The translations under genes and the position numbers were made by a program. The notes under the pieces were generated by a model that saw only the letters and a list, made by a program, of their open reading frames with translations, was not told where the DNA came from and searched no databases. From NCBI GenBank assembly GCA_000436975.1, contig HG000339.1:20796-84795 (forward strand): a DNA stretch of 64,000 bases, given 5' to 3'. Source of the stretch: Clostridium sp. CAG:1000. GTDB taxonomy: Bacteria > Bacillota_I > Bacilli_A > RF39 > UBA660. Positions 21,567 to 30,288 of the stretch are shown piece by piece (position 1 is the first letter of the stretch; each line of letters begins with the position of its first letter).

Positions 21567-21802
21567 TTTTTAATCACCTCATATACTTCAAATATAATTT
21601 TTAAGCTATTTTATTAAAATAATTCACATAACTTTCTTTCCGGTCGTTTAACGGTCTATTCTCACCCTTTAATTTTGCTACATCTAATATAACATTTTAA
21701 AATTCAGCTATAATTATCTTGTTTGTTTTTATAAAACATGCATTTTTTGAATTGGCCAATAATAACATATCCCCAGTTTCAATTGATAAAAGGTTTGCAG
21801 GT

Positions 21803-21859
21803 TTATTTACCACAACAGTTTTTGTACTTTTTGCCACTTCCACAAGCTCCCTTTTTGAG
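21803..21859 (-). pseudogene. displaced remnant of the secA 3' end (C-terminal zinc-finger codons)
   Basis: Minus-strand translation LKKGACGSGKKYKNCCGK* compares with the intact SecA end DLCPCGSGKKYKQCCGK* at 45277. An in-frame stop lies about 35 codons upstream and there is no start. Many synonymous differences, so this is not a recent duplicate. Confidence 0.6.
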
Positions 21860-21980
21860 CATATTATCACTATATTTGGTACATATAGTATTATGGCTTT
21901 TAGCCTTATTTTATGGGCATTTAGTACATATTATTATCAGTATTATTTGTATTATAAATATTACTAATAATTTGTTCAAT

Positions 21981-22000
21981 GTGGACAAAATGTGGACAAA
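21981..22000. repeat. tandem GTGGACAAAA/TGTGGACAAA repeat, left cluster
   Basis: The 20-mer GTGGACAAAATGTGGACAAA is identical to 45198-45217. A third copy ACGTGGACAAAA lies at 22063-22074. Confidence 0.8.
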
Positions 22001-22073
22001 GTCATCATACATTTTATCTTTTGTTTCCAAGGAAATTATATCATATATTGATTACTTAATCAACGTGGACAAA

Positions 22074-22105
22074 AAAGCACTTTTAGTTTTTTCTAAAAAT
22101 GCTTT
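22074..22105 (-). terminator. intrinsic terminator after the S-subunit gene
   Basis: AAAGCATTTTTAG-loop-CTAAAAGTGCTTT hairpin followed by TTTTTT on the minus strand. Confidence 0.6.
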
Positions 22106-22110
22106 ATTTT

Positions 22111-23181
22111 TTATATTAATCCTGTTTGTACTAAATTAACTTTATTAGTTTCTTCGTTAAATATTTGTGTCATATATTTCTTCATGTATTCCCAATCTGG
22201 TGTTTCATCTTCTTTTACTGGTAGGTAAAAAGAAAAGTCTGTTTTTATATGTCTATTTAATTCATCAATAAAAGCTTTATAGTAAGTTCTACTTTCTTTA
22301 AAAATCATGGTTGCTATAAATTGTTTAACCTCAAAAGGCATATCCCATTTTGGAATTAGAACAATAACATTTTGACTAGTATAGTATTCTTTTGGTTGTA
22401 CAAAACATGAACCTAAATATTCTCCTCCTAGAGAAACTGTTAAAGTTCCTGCTGGATATGGTTTTAAATTTTCTATACGATCAACACATGTTGTTATTCC
22501 ATTATTTGCATTTGCTCTTCCAACAAAATTTATTGTTGGGTCTATATCAACCATCTTTGCTTTATCTAATTTTGTTCCCATATCTATATCAAACATATTT
22601 TTATCATATAAATGAAATCTTTTCCATTTTATTACATTCAAAGGATTGTTATTCGTATTGGATTTTGAAAGATTAATAATATCATTTTTAGTTTCTAAAA
22701 TCACATTTTTCATATATGATTCCATATATTCCCAATCCGGTTCTTCATTTGAATTTACAGGTAAAGGTATTTGTTCTGATAAAATTTTATCTTTAGTTAC
22801 AGCATCATTCCAAGAATACTTTTGTCCAAAATATGTTTTTATTAATGAAACTAAATATAAATAACATTCTTCACTTATATCATAATCTTTAACTCTTATT
22901 ACAAAATTATGACTATCATTTGAAACAAAATCATCTTTTTGATAAGTTATAGTAAAAGTTTTCCCTCCTACTAAAATACAATGTCCTTTTATTATTTCAT
23001 ATTTTGAAGCATCTATATAAGCATAAACGCCATTATTATATGCACTAGCTGTTACATAAGGAGTTTCCCCACTGCCATCTTCTATATCTCTTGCTAATAT
23101 ATTTCCAGTATTTTTGCACGTAAATAATTTGTTACAATCAAAATTTTTCCAATTTGATATATCAATCATTACTATCACCAT
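22111..23181 (-). CDS. restriction-modification specificity (S) subunit with two target-recognition domains
   Basis: 356 aa with two TRD-like halves, each ending in the conserved spacer PDWEYM(E/K)xYM. Overlaps the upstream methylase gene. Confidence 0.8.
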   Translation of the reverse strand: MVIVMIDISNWKNFDCNKLFTCKNTGNILARDIEDGSGETPYVTASAYNNGVYAYIDASKYEIIKGHCILVGGKTFTITYQKDDFVSNDSHNFVIRVKDYDISEECYLYLVSLIKTYFGQKYSWNDAVTKDKILSEQIPLPVNSNEEPDWEYMESYMKNVILETKNDIINLSKSNTNNNPLNVIKWKRFHLYDKNMFDIDMGTKLDKAKMVDIDPTINFVGRANANNGITTCVDRIENLKPYPAGTLTVSLGGEYLGSCFVQPKEYYTSQNVIVLIPKWDMPFEVKQFIATMIFKESRTYYKAFIDELNRHIKTDFSFYLPVKEDETPDWEYMKKYMTQIFNEETNKVNLVQTGLI

Positions 23182-24967
23182 CTTTACTTAAACAGATATT
23201 TATTTTATCTTTATTTTCAGTGATATTACTTGCATATAATGTAGCATTTAATAATTTATCTGAAAATTCTTTACTATCAATTCCTTTTTCAAAAAGTATG
23301 TAATCCATTGCGGTTTTTCTAAAATCAGACTCATATATTTCAAATGGCTTTTGAGGTACTTGATAACTTAAACAATCAGCAGGCGAAATCCATTGAATTG
23401 TTTTATCGCCAGATTGTTTATTAATAACATCTACCCAGTAATCTTCATAACCTTGCCATTTGTTCTTAACATCATGTCTACCTTGATTTTTTACTGTGAT
23501 TAATCCATCTTCTTCAATATAGCATGCAAAGATTTGCTTATCATTTTGAGGAATACCTGCTTCAAATATAAATACTGAAGTAGTCACTCCCTCCGAGAAT
23601 GTTTTATCTGGTAATTTTACTATCTTTTTTAATGTATGCTTTTGTAGAATTCTTTTGATAATAGTATTGCTAACTTTTTCTAACTTTTTTTCCGGAAGTA
23701 TGAATGCACATAATGTTCCACGTTGTACATTATCAAGTACATTTTTTACTATTTGAATACAACCATACTTATTCTCAAATGGTGGATTCATTAATACCTT
23801 TGTTATTGGTTTTGACTTTATCCATTCACATGCTTCTTCTGTTCTAGAATCTAGTTGTGTAAGGTTTGTTTTTCCATCTTTATGAATTAGCATATTAGCA
23901 CATGCAAGAGCATATATTTCTCTATCAAATTCAATACCATATAATTGTCTTGATTTAATATTTTTAGCAGTTAATGTGTTAATGCCACCAGCTTCACTTA
24001 TCATATTACACATAGCTTTAACCAAGAAAGCACCTGATCCACAAGCTGCATCTAATATCACATCGTCTTTGTTAACTCCAATTAATCTATACATTAATGA
24101 TGTTACATGATCTGGAGTAAAAACTTGTCCACTTTCAGATTTTTTCTTATATCTATTAAATTCATTAAAGAAGATACCCATAACATCTTCACCATTCCAA
24201 TAATCACTATTTATAGAATCACTTATTTCTGTAACCCATTCAATGAAATTTGAAATAGCTTCTTGATTACTAGTCGTATTCATCTTTATATCAGAAAAAA
24301 CTTCTAATAGAATGTCAATTTTCGGATTAACATTATCCTCATTTTTTAATTCAGTTTTTAAAGTTGATTTAATACATGCTGAGAATGTTTCATAATCCAT
24401 TTTTTTATTTAATGGAGCATCGTATCTTTTTGCTACTAAAGCACATGCTGTAAAAATCATTCTATGATATAAATTTTTAATACCAAATTCGGTATGCAAG
24501 CAATTATTTATCTTAGCAGTTAAAGAGTAGATTTTATCTTTATCTATTTTGTTTTTATTTAATAATCCAATATAGTATTCTTTATTTTGCAATTCATTAG
24601 TTGTTTCAATCTCATTATTATTTCTATAAACTTTAATATCAAAACCATTATAAAGAATACCAATTACATTTTTATATTTTGTTAATGCTATAGTACAATT
24701 CTTTTTAATTTCTTCAATTTGTTTATCTTTTAATTCAACTAAAGAAGATTTTGCTTCTAATATTATTGCAGGATCATTCGTATTATCTGGAAGATACCAA
24801 CCGTCCGGTTTGTCATTAACTCCTTTAAATCCTAATTGATTAAAAGTTGTTAATTGTCCAACACCTGCTTTTACGTTTTTAATTTCTTCTTTAAAGCCTA
24901 GTATATAACCAGCCATTTCCCTAATTTCATCTTCTGTATAATTTTGATTATTTAATATACCTGCCAT
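23162..24967 (-). CDS. fused PD-(D/E)xK nuclease / N6-adenine methyltransferase (BcgI A-subunit-like, Type IIB/IIG-like)
   Basis: 601 aa. N-terminal PDGWYLPDNTNDPAIILEAK (PD..ExK), SAM motif DAACGSGAFL and catalytic NPPF (VLMNPPFENKYG). No separate HsdR in the window. Confidence 0.65.
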   Translation of the reverse strand: MAGILNNQNYTEDEIREMAGYILGFKEEIKNVKAGVGQLTTFNQLGFKGVNDKPDGWYLPDNTNDPAIILEAKSSLVELKDKQIEEIKKNCTIALTKYKNVIGILYNGFDIKVYRNNNEIETTNELQNKEYYIGLLNKNKIDKDKIYSLTAKINNCLHTEFGIKNLYHRMIFTACALVAKRYDAPLNKKMDYETFSACIKSTLKTELKNEDNVNPKIDILLEVFSDIKMNTTSNQEAISNFIEWVTEISDSINSDYWNGEDVMGIFFNEFNRYKKKSESGQVFTPDHVTSLMYRLIGVNKDDVILDAACGSGAFLVKAMCNMISEAGGINTLTAKNIKSRQLYGIEFDREIYALACANMLIHKDGKTNLTQLDSRTEEACEWIKSKPITKVLMNPPFENKYGCIQIVKNVLDNVQRGTLCAFILPEKKLEKVSNTIIKRILQKHTLKKIVKLPDKTFSEGVTTSVFIFEAGIPQNDKQIFACYIEEDGLITVKNQGRHDVKNKWQGYEDYWVDVINKQSGDKTIQWISPADCLSYQVPQKPFEIYESDFRKTAMDYILFEKGIDSKEFSDKLLNATLYASNITENKDKINICLSKDGDSND

Positions 24968-24968
24968 A

Positions 24969-25190
24969 TTATTTCACACCTTCCTTTATTGTCTTAAATT
25001 CAACTAAATTACTGATATCGCAATCAAGAACCTCAGCAATTTTCTTTAACGAATTTAAACTGATTTCTTCATCTTTAGCAATTTTTGATATTGTAGTTGA
25101 AGATAACTTTGTTAATTTTTTTAATCTTGTTTTTGTCATTTTATGCTTCTTTAATTCACACTCTAATGGTAAATAAGATATCTCTTTCAT
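24969..25190 (-). CDS. XRE-family HTH protein, possible R-M controller (C) protein
   Basis: 73 aa HTH. Its stop lies 1 nt before the methylase ATG. Confidence 0.55.
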   Translation of the reverse strand: MKEISYLPLECELKKHKMTKTRLKKLTKLSSTTISKIAKDEEISLNSLKKIAEVLDCDISNLVEFKTIKEGVK

Positions 25191-25292
25191 ACTATCATCA
25201 CACCTTATAAATATTATAACATATTTATCTTTATAATGATAGAGATTTTGTGTATTTTTGCAAAATATAAGTTTATAAATATAAATATATGT

Positions 25293-25306
25293 TTTACAAT
25301 TGTAAA
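25293..25306. promoter_or_regulatory. perfect 14-bp palindrome TTTACAATTGTAAA upstream of the C-protein/R-M operon
   Basis: Seen directly. Its half-site is related to the palindrome at 30192-30209 upstream of another XRE gene. Confidence 0.35.
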
Positions 25307-25465
25307 CATTAAAATACGTGGCACGTTTTGTTACGAAGTAATGAAACTTGCGATAGTATTTTTCTTTTTTATGAATCTCAATGATGGAATAAAAAAGGCA
25401 CCTTTACTACTTACGTTAGTTTGTAGTATTGGTGCTTAATGGGATTCCAAAGGGTTTATCCTTGG

Positions 25466-25505
25466 CACACATTGTTATTGGCTCTGCCAATATCATAGTG
25501 TGTTA
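25466..25505 (+). promoter_or_regulatory. candidate MobV-type oriT (inverted repeat plus ATAGTGTGTTA nick-region motif)
   Basis: CACACATTGTTATTGGCTCTGCCAATATCATAGTGTG hairpin ending in GTGTG/TTA. As I recall it, the pMV158 oriT nick region is TATAGTGTG/TTATAC. Lies 20 nt from the relaxase stop. Confidence 0.45.
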
Positions 25506-25526
25506 CTATCTTGTCAGAAAGATAGT

Positions 25527-26711
25527 CTAAAGAACAAGACTGTCGTCTTTTTCCTTATTCTTCTTTTTACCACTAATAAACTCTTCAAATTCATCATTAA
25601 ATTCATCTTCTTTATGTCTAGGTATTAATCCATCAGCTACTAAATGATATACAAAATTAGCCATTTTATTGATAACATTTTTTAATGTATCAATTGTATT
25701 AGATAAAGTAAATGCTTTATATCTTAAATTAGTATTTTCATATTTTAAATTTCTATTTTCATCTTCTAGTTTCATATTTTGTTGATGTATTTTTGAATAA
25801 TCATTTGTTACCTCTTTAAGGTTTTTATAAGCATTATTTAGTTTAGGTTTTAAATCTTTAACTTTCTTTGCTTCTTCTACTACTTTATTCATACTATCAA
25901 AAGTTTCTTTCTTAACTTTAACAGATTCTTTATCAAACATAATTGTTTTATTTGATTTCATTTTTTCTTCTAATTCATTAATTGATTTTGATAACTTATC
26001 ATCTTTTAGATCTAGTTCATTAGTTAATGATTTAGTTAGTTTCTTAAACTCTTTAATATTAATATGCTCTCTATCGCTATGTTTAGTTCCTCTTTCTAAA
26101 GCAAAACCACACATATTTAGATATTCACAATATTCATCTTGTAACTCACTCAAGTGTTCTTTATCATGTATAAATTGCTTTTTAGATATTGTATACCTTT
26201 CTGTATTAGTTCTTTTATCTAGCTTCTTAACTAGTGGGACTACAACACAATGAATATGAGGTGTTTTTTCATCCATATGTAATGTTGCATGTAATATTTG
26301 ATTATCTTCATATCCTAACCCAAAATGTACAAATTCCATACATCTATAAGCCCAATTTTTAATTGCTTCTTTACTCATATCATTAAAGAATGTGTGTGTT
26401 GCAGTGAAAACTAATTCATCTGCAACAACACTTTTTGATTTATCTACCATTTGTCTAAAAGTTCTTTTTCTATCTTCTCTTTCATTTTTCATTCTTTCTT
26501 CATGTTCTTTTTTATAGTCTTTAGTTATTTCATAAAAGCCTTTAACATATTTCATATTAAGTGGAAAAAGTTCTACATTATCTTTTGTTTTAGATAAGTC
26601 TATATCAGGATTAGATTGATATGCTTTTTTCTCTCTTTTGTTATGTGATCCAATTTGTGCTAAATCATTTAAAGTATAAATTGGTTCACTTCTAAATATT
26701 GCATAATTCAT
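25527..26711 (-). CDS. MobV (Mob/Pre) family relaxase
   Basis: 394 aa with a HMDEKTPHIHCVVVP (HxDE..PHxH) motif and a coiled-coil C-terminus. Confidence 0.8.
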   Translation of the reverse strand: MNYAIFRSEPIYTLNDLAQIGSHNKREKKAYQSNPDIDLSKTKDNVELFPLNMKYVKGFYEITKDYKKEHEERMKNEREDRKRTFRQMVDKSKSVVADELVFTATHTFFNDMSKEAIKNWAYRCMEFVHFGLGYEDNQILHATLHMDEKTPHIHCVVVPLVKKLDKRTNTERYTISKKQFIHDKEHLSELQDEYCEYLNMCGFALERGTKHSDREHINIKEFKKLTKSLTNELDLKDDKLSKSINELEEKMKSNKTIMFDKESVKVKKETFDSMNKVVEEAKKVKDLKPKLNNAYKNLKEVTNDYSKIHQQNMKLEDENRNLKYENTNLRYKAFTLSNTIDTLKNVINKMANFVYHLVADGLIPRHKEDEFNDEFEEFISGKKKNKEKDDSLVL

Positions 26712-27988
26712 ACTAATTTACCTTCTTGTATTTGAAATCTTATAGCATTTTCTATAACATTAGACTTATTATTTTTATCAAATAACTCTACAGCACTCTT
26801 TCTATTATCCTCTAAACTGGTAATATAATAGTTCTCTGTTGTTTCTACATTTCTATGCCCTAACAAATTAGCTACATCATTAATCTTAGTTCCATTATTT
26901 AATACTTTAGTTGCATATGTTCCTCTTAAATCATAGAATCTACATTTTTCTATTCCTAATTCACTATGAATTATTTTAAATGGATATTTAGGAACATCAG
27001 TTCCAGAGAATGATCCATCATCATTAGTAAATACTAGATTTAATTTTTCTTCATTATTTTTGTTAATAACTATTCTTTTATCAACAACTTTTCCATTATC
27101 ATTTTTTATAGTTTCTAAATGGTAGTATTTATAATCTTTATCAAATATTCCTTTAAGATATTCTTGTCTTTCTTTAAAGTTTTTTAATGCTGTTATTAAT
27201 GTATTTCCAATATATATTTGTCTTGTTCCAGATATAGTTTTAGTCGTACCTAAATACCATCTTCCTAAACTATCTTTAGGTTTATCATATAAATTATGTC
27301 TTATATTTATTATTCCATTTTCTAAATCAATATCTTCCCAAGTAAGTGCAAATACTTCTCCAGTTCTCATACCTGTATAACAAGATGTTAAGAACGATGC
27401 TACGAAAGTAGCATTGTCCTTAAATCTATCTATTATTTTATCTATTTCTTCATTTGTATAATAATGTCTTTTATTATTTAGTTCTTCTTCTATTTTAGGT
27501 AATCTTAATGTTAGAGCTGGATTATACTTTATAAATCCATATAAATTACATGCATCTCTAAATGATCCTTTAATAACTTTTAATATATTTTTATAATATG
27601 TTTTAGAATGATTATATTCATTAACTAAATCAGTTATAAATGAATTTAAAGCAACACTTGTTATTGTTGATAGTTTATATTTTCCTATATTCTTTTTTAG
27701 ATATTTATTAATAATTATTTTATATGTTTGAATAGTATTATATTTTAGATTATTCATACAATAATTTTTTAACCAATAATCAAGATAATCTGAATAAGAT
27801 AAATCACATTGTTTAAATGAAATACCTGCATTTAAATATTCAGTATATGCAAGGGATCCAGATTCTAAAGCTTCTGCCTTAGTTCTAAAACCTGATTTAC
27901 TTAACCATTGTCTTTTATTATCTACCTTAGCTATTTCAATTCTATATTCATAGAAATTTCCTCTTTTTCTGATATTTATTTTACTCAT
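26708..27988 (-). CDS. int: tyrosine integrase with N-terminal AP2-like arm-binding domain (integrase A)
   Basis: 426 aa with KRGNFYEYRIE..SKSGF N-terminus and catalytic region YDLRGTYATK..LGHRNVETTENYY. Paralog of the integrase at 43753-45060. Confidence 0.85.
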   Translation of the reverse strand: MSKINIRKRGNFYEYRIEIAKVDNKRQWLSKSGFRTKAEALESGSLAYTEYLNAGISFKQCDLSYSDYLDYWLKNYCMNNLKYNTIQTYKIIINKYLKKNIGKYKLSTITSVALNSFITDLVNEYNHSKTYYKNILKVIKGSFRDACNLYGFIKYNPALTLRLPKIEEELNNKRHYYTNEEIDKIIDRFKDNATFVASFLTSCYTGMRTGEVFALTWEDIDLENGIINIRHNLYDKPKDSLGRWYLGTTKTISGTRQIYIGNTLITALKNFKERQEYLKGIFDKDYKYYHLETIKNDNGKVVDKRIVINKNNEEKLNLVFTNDDGSFSGTDVPKYPFKIIHSELGIEKCRFYDLRGTYATKVLNNGTKINDVANLLGHRNVETTENYYITSLEDNRKSAVELFDKNNKSNVIENAIRFQIQEGKLV

Positions 27989-28220
27989 TTACTTCTACCT
28001 CAATTACTATCTTTTTAATATCAGATAAATTAGATAAATCTTTTCCCTCATTTTGAATCAAGAATCTTTCTAGTGAAGATTTTAATACTTTTAAACTTCC
28101 CAATTTAATAGCTGGTAAATATCCTTTTTTAATTAATTCATAAATATAATTTGGACTAGAATGTAATATAGACGATACTTCATGAACTGTATAAACTAAC
28201 TTATCATTCATCTGAATCAC
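27981..28220 (-). CDS. xis: excisionase-type HTH DNA-binding protein
   Basis: 79 aa; YTVHEVSSILHSSPNYIYELIKKGYLPAIKLG is typical of the excisionase/MerR-like family. Overlaps int. Confidence 0.6.
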   Translation of the reverse strand: MIQMNDKLVYTVHEVSSILHSSPNYIYELIKKGYLPAIKLGSLKVLKSSLERFLIQNEGKDLSNLSDIKKIVIEVEVNE

Positions 28221-28731
28221 TATCCTCTCCAGTAATCTCTCTTATCATTCTTTCCATTTCAGCTTGTTCTTCAGGAGTAGCAGGTTCAGATTTAATATCT
28301 TCATTAAGCCACCAAGGAACTGGTGTTTTATCATATTTATCACTATTATATTTATATTTATTTCTATTATTATATTTATTATTATGTTTAACTGAATAGT
28401 CAATATCTTCTTGATTATTTGATTTATCTCTTATTGACCAATTAGCCCATATATCATCAACTAATTGAATAACCCTTCTAGTATTTTTATCATTGTGATC
28501 ATAAATACATTTAATTAATCCTATCTTTTCTAATTTCTTAATATGTCTTGAAGCTGTTTCTATTGTTATATTATACATTTCAGATAATCTCTTATTCGTT
28601 ATCCAACAATATCCTTCCTTTTTGCATAAGTATATAATACGTTCAGCAATCAATTTTTCTTCTGGTGTTAATAATTTTGTTTCATAAATGTGTTTCGGTA
28701 CTATTGCATAAATTACAATATAGTTTTCCAT
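28204..28731 (-). CDS. winged-helix DNA-binding protein (element regulator or replication-initiator-like)
   Basis: 175 aa with an HTH (NITIETASRHIKKLEKIGLI) and an acidic C-terminus. First gene of the xis-int-mob operon. Confidence 0.45.
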   Translation of the reverse strand: MENYIVIYAIVPKHIYETKLLTPEEKLIAERIIYLCKKEGYCWITNKRLSEMYNITIETASRHIKKLEKIGLIKCIYDHNDKNTRRVIQLVDDIWANWSIRDKSNNQEDIDYSVKHNNKYNNRNKYKYNSDKYDKTPVPWWLNEDIKSEPATPEEQAEMERMIREITGEDSDSDE

Positions 28732-28879
28732 GTTTCTAATCTCCTTTCAAATTACTGAACATCGGCCTTTGTTCAATACCATTATCTCGAATATTGATTA
28801 TTTGAAACATGTCAAAAAAATCTCTATTTTAATCCTTAAAAACTATTTTTATTTTTCCTAAATTATTCCTACAAAAAAA

Positions 28880-28897
28880 GTAGGTATTTCTACCTAC
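28880..28897 (-). terminator. intrinsic terminator
   Basis: GTAGGTAGAAATACCTAC followed by TTTTTTTG on the minus strand. Confidence 0.65.
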
Positions 28898-28900
28898 ATA

Positions 28901-28927
28901 GTTCGTAATATCTTAATATGACGATCC
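28901..28927. repeat. junction motif J1
   Basis: GTTCGTAATATCTTAATATGACGATCC ends 2 nt from the stop of 28930-29400. Near-perfect dyad CGTAATAT-CTTA-ATATGACG. Confidence 0.75.
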
Positions 28928-28929
28928 TT

Positions 28930-29400
28930 TTATTTATCAAATTTGAATAATTCAAGAACAATAGAAACTATAAAAAGAGTAATACCACTATATAAAAATG
29001 TATATCTAATTATATTCCAATGTCTATCATCAGGAAATATACGATTTAATACTATATTTAAAATAAATGCAACAATAATAATTGCCATAAATACATAAGA
29101 AATAATCGTTAATACCTTTTTTCTTTTATCAATTTGTTTTCTTAATTTAATTAAATTTTCCTCGGATTTATTCATATAATCATTCCCTTTAATTTTTTCA
29201 CCAGATAATAATTCATTAACATTAATATCTAACTCATTACATAAGTCTTTTAATAAAGAATAATCTGGCATTGTATTGCCATTTTCCCATCTACTAATTG
29301 ATTTACTTGTAACACCTAATTTTTCTGCTAATTGTTCTTGAGTTAAACCATTTTCTTTTCTACAATTTAAAATAAATTTTCCTATTTTAATTTGATCCAT
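28930..29400 (-). CDS. XRE-family HTH regulator with C-terminal TM helices
   Basis: 156 aa starting MDQIKIGKFILNCRKENGLTQEQLAEKLGV, with two TM helices. Paralog of 39016-39639. Confidence 0.7.
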   Translation of the reverse strand: MDQIKIGKFILNCRKENGLTQEQLAEKLGVTSKSISRWENGNTMPDYSLLKDLCNELDINVNELLSGEKIKGNDYMNKSEENLIKLRKQIDKRKKVLTIISYVFMAIIIVAFILNIVLNRIFPDDRHWNIIRYTFLYSGITLFIVSIVLELFKFDK

Positions 29401-29524
29401 ATTATCCTTCCTTTCACAAATGATTATATGATTATTACCTATAAAACTACAGGACAGAAACTGAGAGTTAAATAGTATATATCTATTTTACCACAATAAT
29501 GATAGATTCTTTCATATCAAAAAA

Positions 29525-29540
29525 GTTCGGAATATTACTA
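29525..29540. repeat. junction half-motif K1
   Basis: GTTCGGAATATTACTA. The exact 12-mer CGGAATATTACT also occurs at 32733 and 39767. Confidence 0.7.
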
Positions 29541-29544
29541 AAAA

Positions 29545-29568
29545 AAGATGAGATTTTTTTCTCATCTT
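29545..29568 (-). terminator. intrinsic terminator between J2 and K1
   Basis: AAGATGAGAAAAAAATCTCATCTT followed by TTTTTTT on the minus strand. Confidence 0.65.
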
Positions 29569-29571
29569 AAT

Positions 29572-29599
29572 GTACGGGAATATCTTAATATTCTAATCG
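29572..29599. repeat. junction motif J2
   Basis: GTACGGGAATATCTTAATATTCTAATCG ends 2 nt from the stop of 29602-30114. Contains the dyad GAATAT-CTTA-ATATTC. Confidence 0.75.
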
Positions 29600-29601
29600 T
29601 T

Positions 29602-30114
29602 TTATTTTTCTCTTTTTATAAATAATATTATTATAACTGTAATTATAATAATTAATAATGGTGCTATTCTAAAAAATGTCCACTCAAATGAGTGCCATAA
29701 TGTTCCAATAACAGACCATTCAGGATTACCATAATCCCATGTTAAATATGGGCTACCTAATAGTGCTAATAAAACGAAGAAAAATATTAAACATATGTCT
29801 ATTATTAGTAATACTATAATTTTTCTTTTTCTTTTTTGTTTTTGACTAATCGATAATTGTTCATTAATTACTTCCAATTTTTCAGATATTACTTTTAAAT
29901 CATTTGTTTCTTTTTCCTCTATACTTTCTCCAAGAATTTCACTAACTGGCGTTTCAAAAAGTTCTGATATTGTTACTAGCATTTCAGCATCTGGAACTGA
30001 TAAACCTGTTTCCCATTTAGAAATAGTTTGTCTTACGACATTTAACTTAATACTTAATTCTTCTTGTGAAAGTCCCTTGTTCTTTCTTAATGTTTTTAGA
30101 TTATCTTTTAACAT
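29602..30114 (-). CDS. XRE-family HTH regulator with C-terminal TM helices
   Basis: 170 aa with an N-terminal HTH (LSQEELSIKLNVVRQTISKWE) and two TM helices. Confidence 0.7.
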   Translation of the reverse strand: MLKDNLKTLRKNKGLSQEELSIKLNVVRQTISKWETGLSVPDAEMLVTISELFETPVSEILGESIEEKETNDLKVISEKLEVINEQLSISQKQKRKRKIIVLLIIDICLIFFFVLLALLGSPYLTWDYGNPEWSVIGTLWHSFEWTFFRIAPLLIIIITVIIILFIKREK

Positions 30115-30191
30115 ATTACAATTTCTCCTTTCATCAAGTTAAGTTTATTACAAATATGCCGTTGCTACAAGCAATGTATTTTAACATTTGA

Positions 30192-30209
30192 TTTTGCAAT
30201 TAATTGTAA
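30192..30209. promoter_or_regulatory. palindrome TTTGCAATTAATTGTAAA upstream of the XRE gene (candidate operator)
   Basis: The central CAATTAATTG is a perfect palindrome, located between the TGGTAAAAT -10-like box and the RBS. Confidence 0.35.
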
Positions 30210-30250
30210 ATAAAAATTAACTATTTCATAACTATTTTACCATACAAAAA

Positions 30251-30264
30251 GGAACTTTCGTTCC
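30251..30264 (-). terminator. short intrinsic terminator overlapping the J3 end
   Basis: GGAACGAAAGTTCC followed by TTTTTG on the minus strand. Confidence 0.5.
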
Positions 30265-30285
30265 TAATATCTTAATCTTCCGATC
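30260..30285. repeat. junction motif J3
   Basis: GTTCCTAATATCTTAATCTTCCGATC ends 3 nt from the stop of 30289-31176. Shares the 17-mer ATATCTTAATCTTCCGA with J6. Confidence 0.8.
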
Positions 30286-30288
30286 ATT

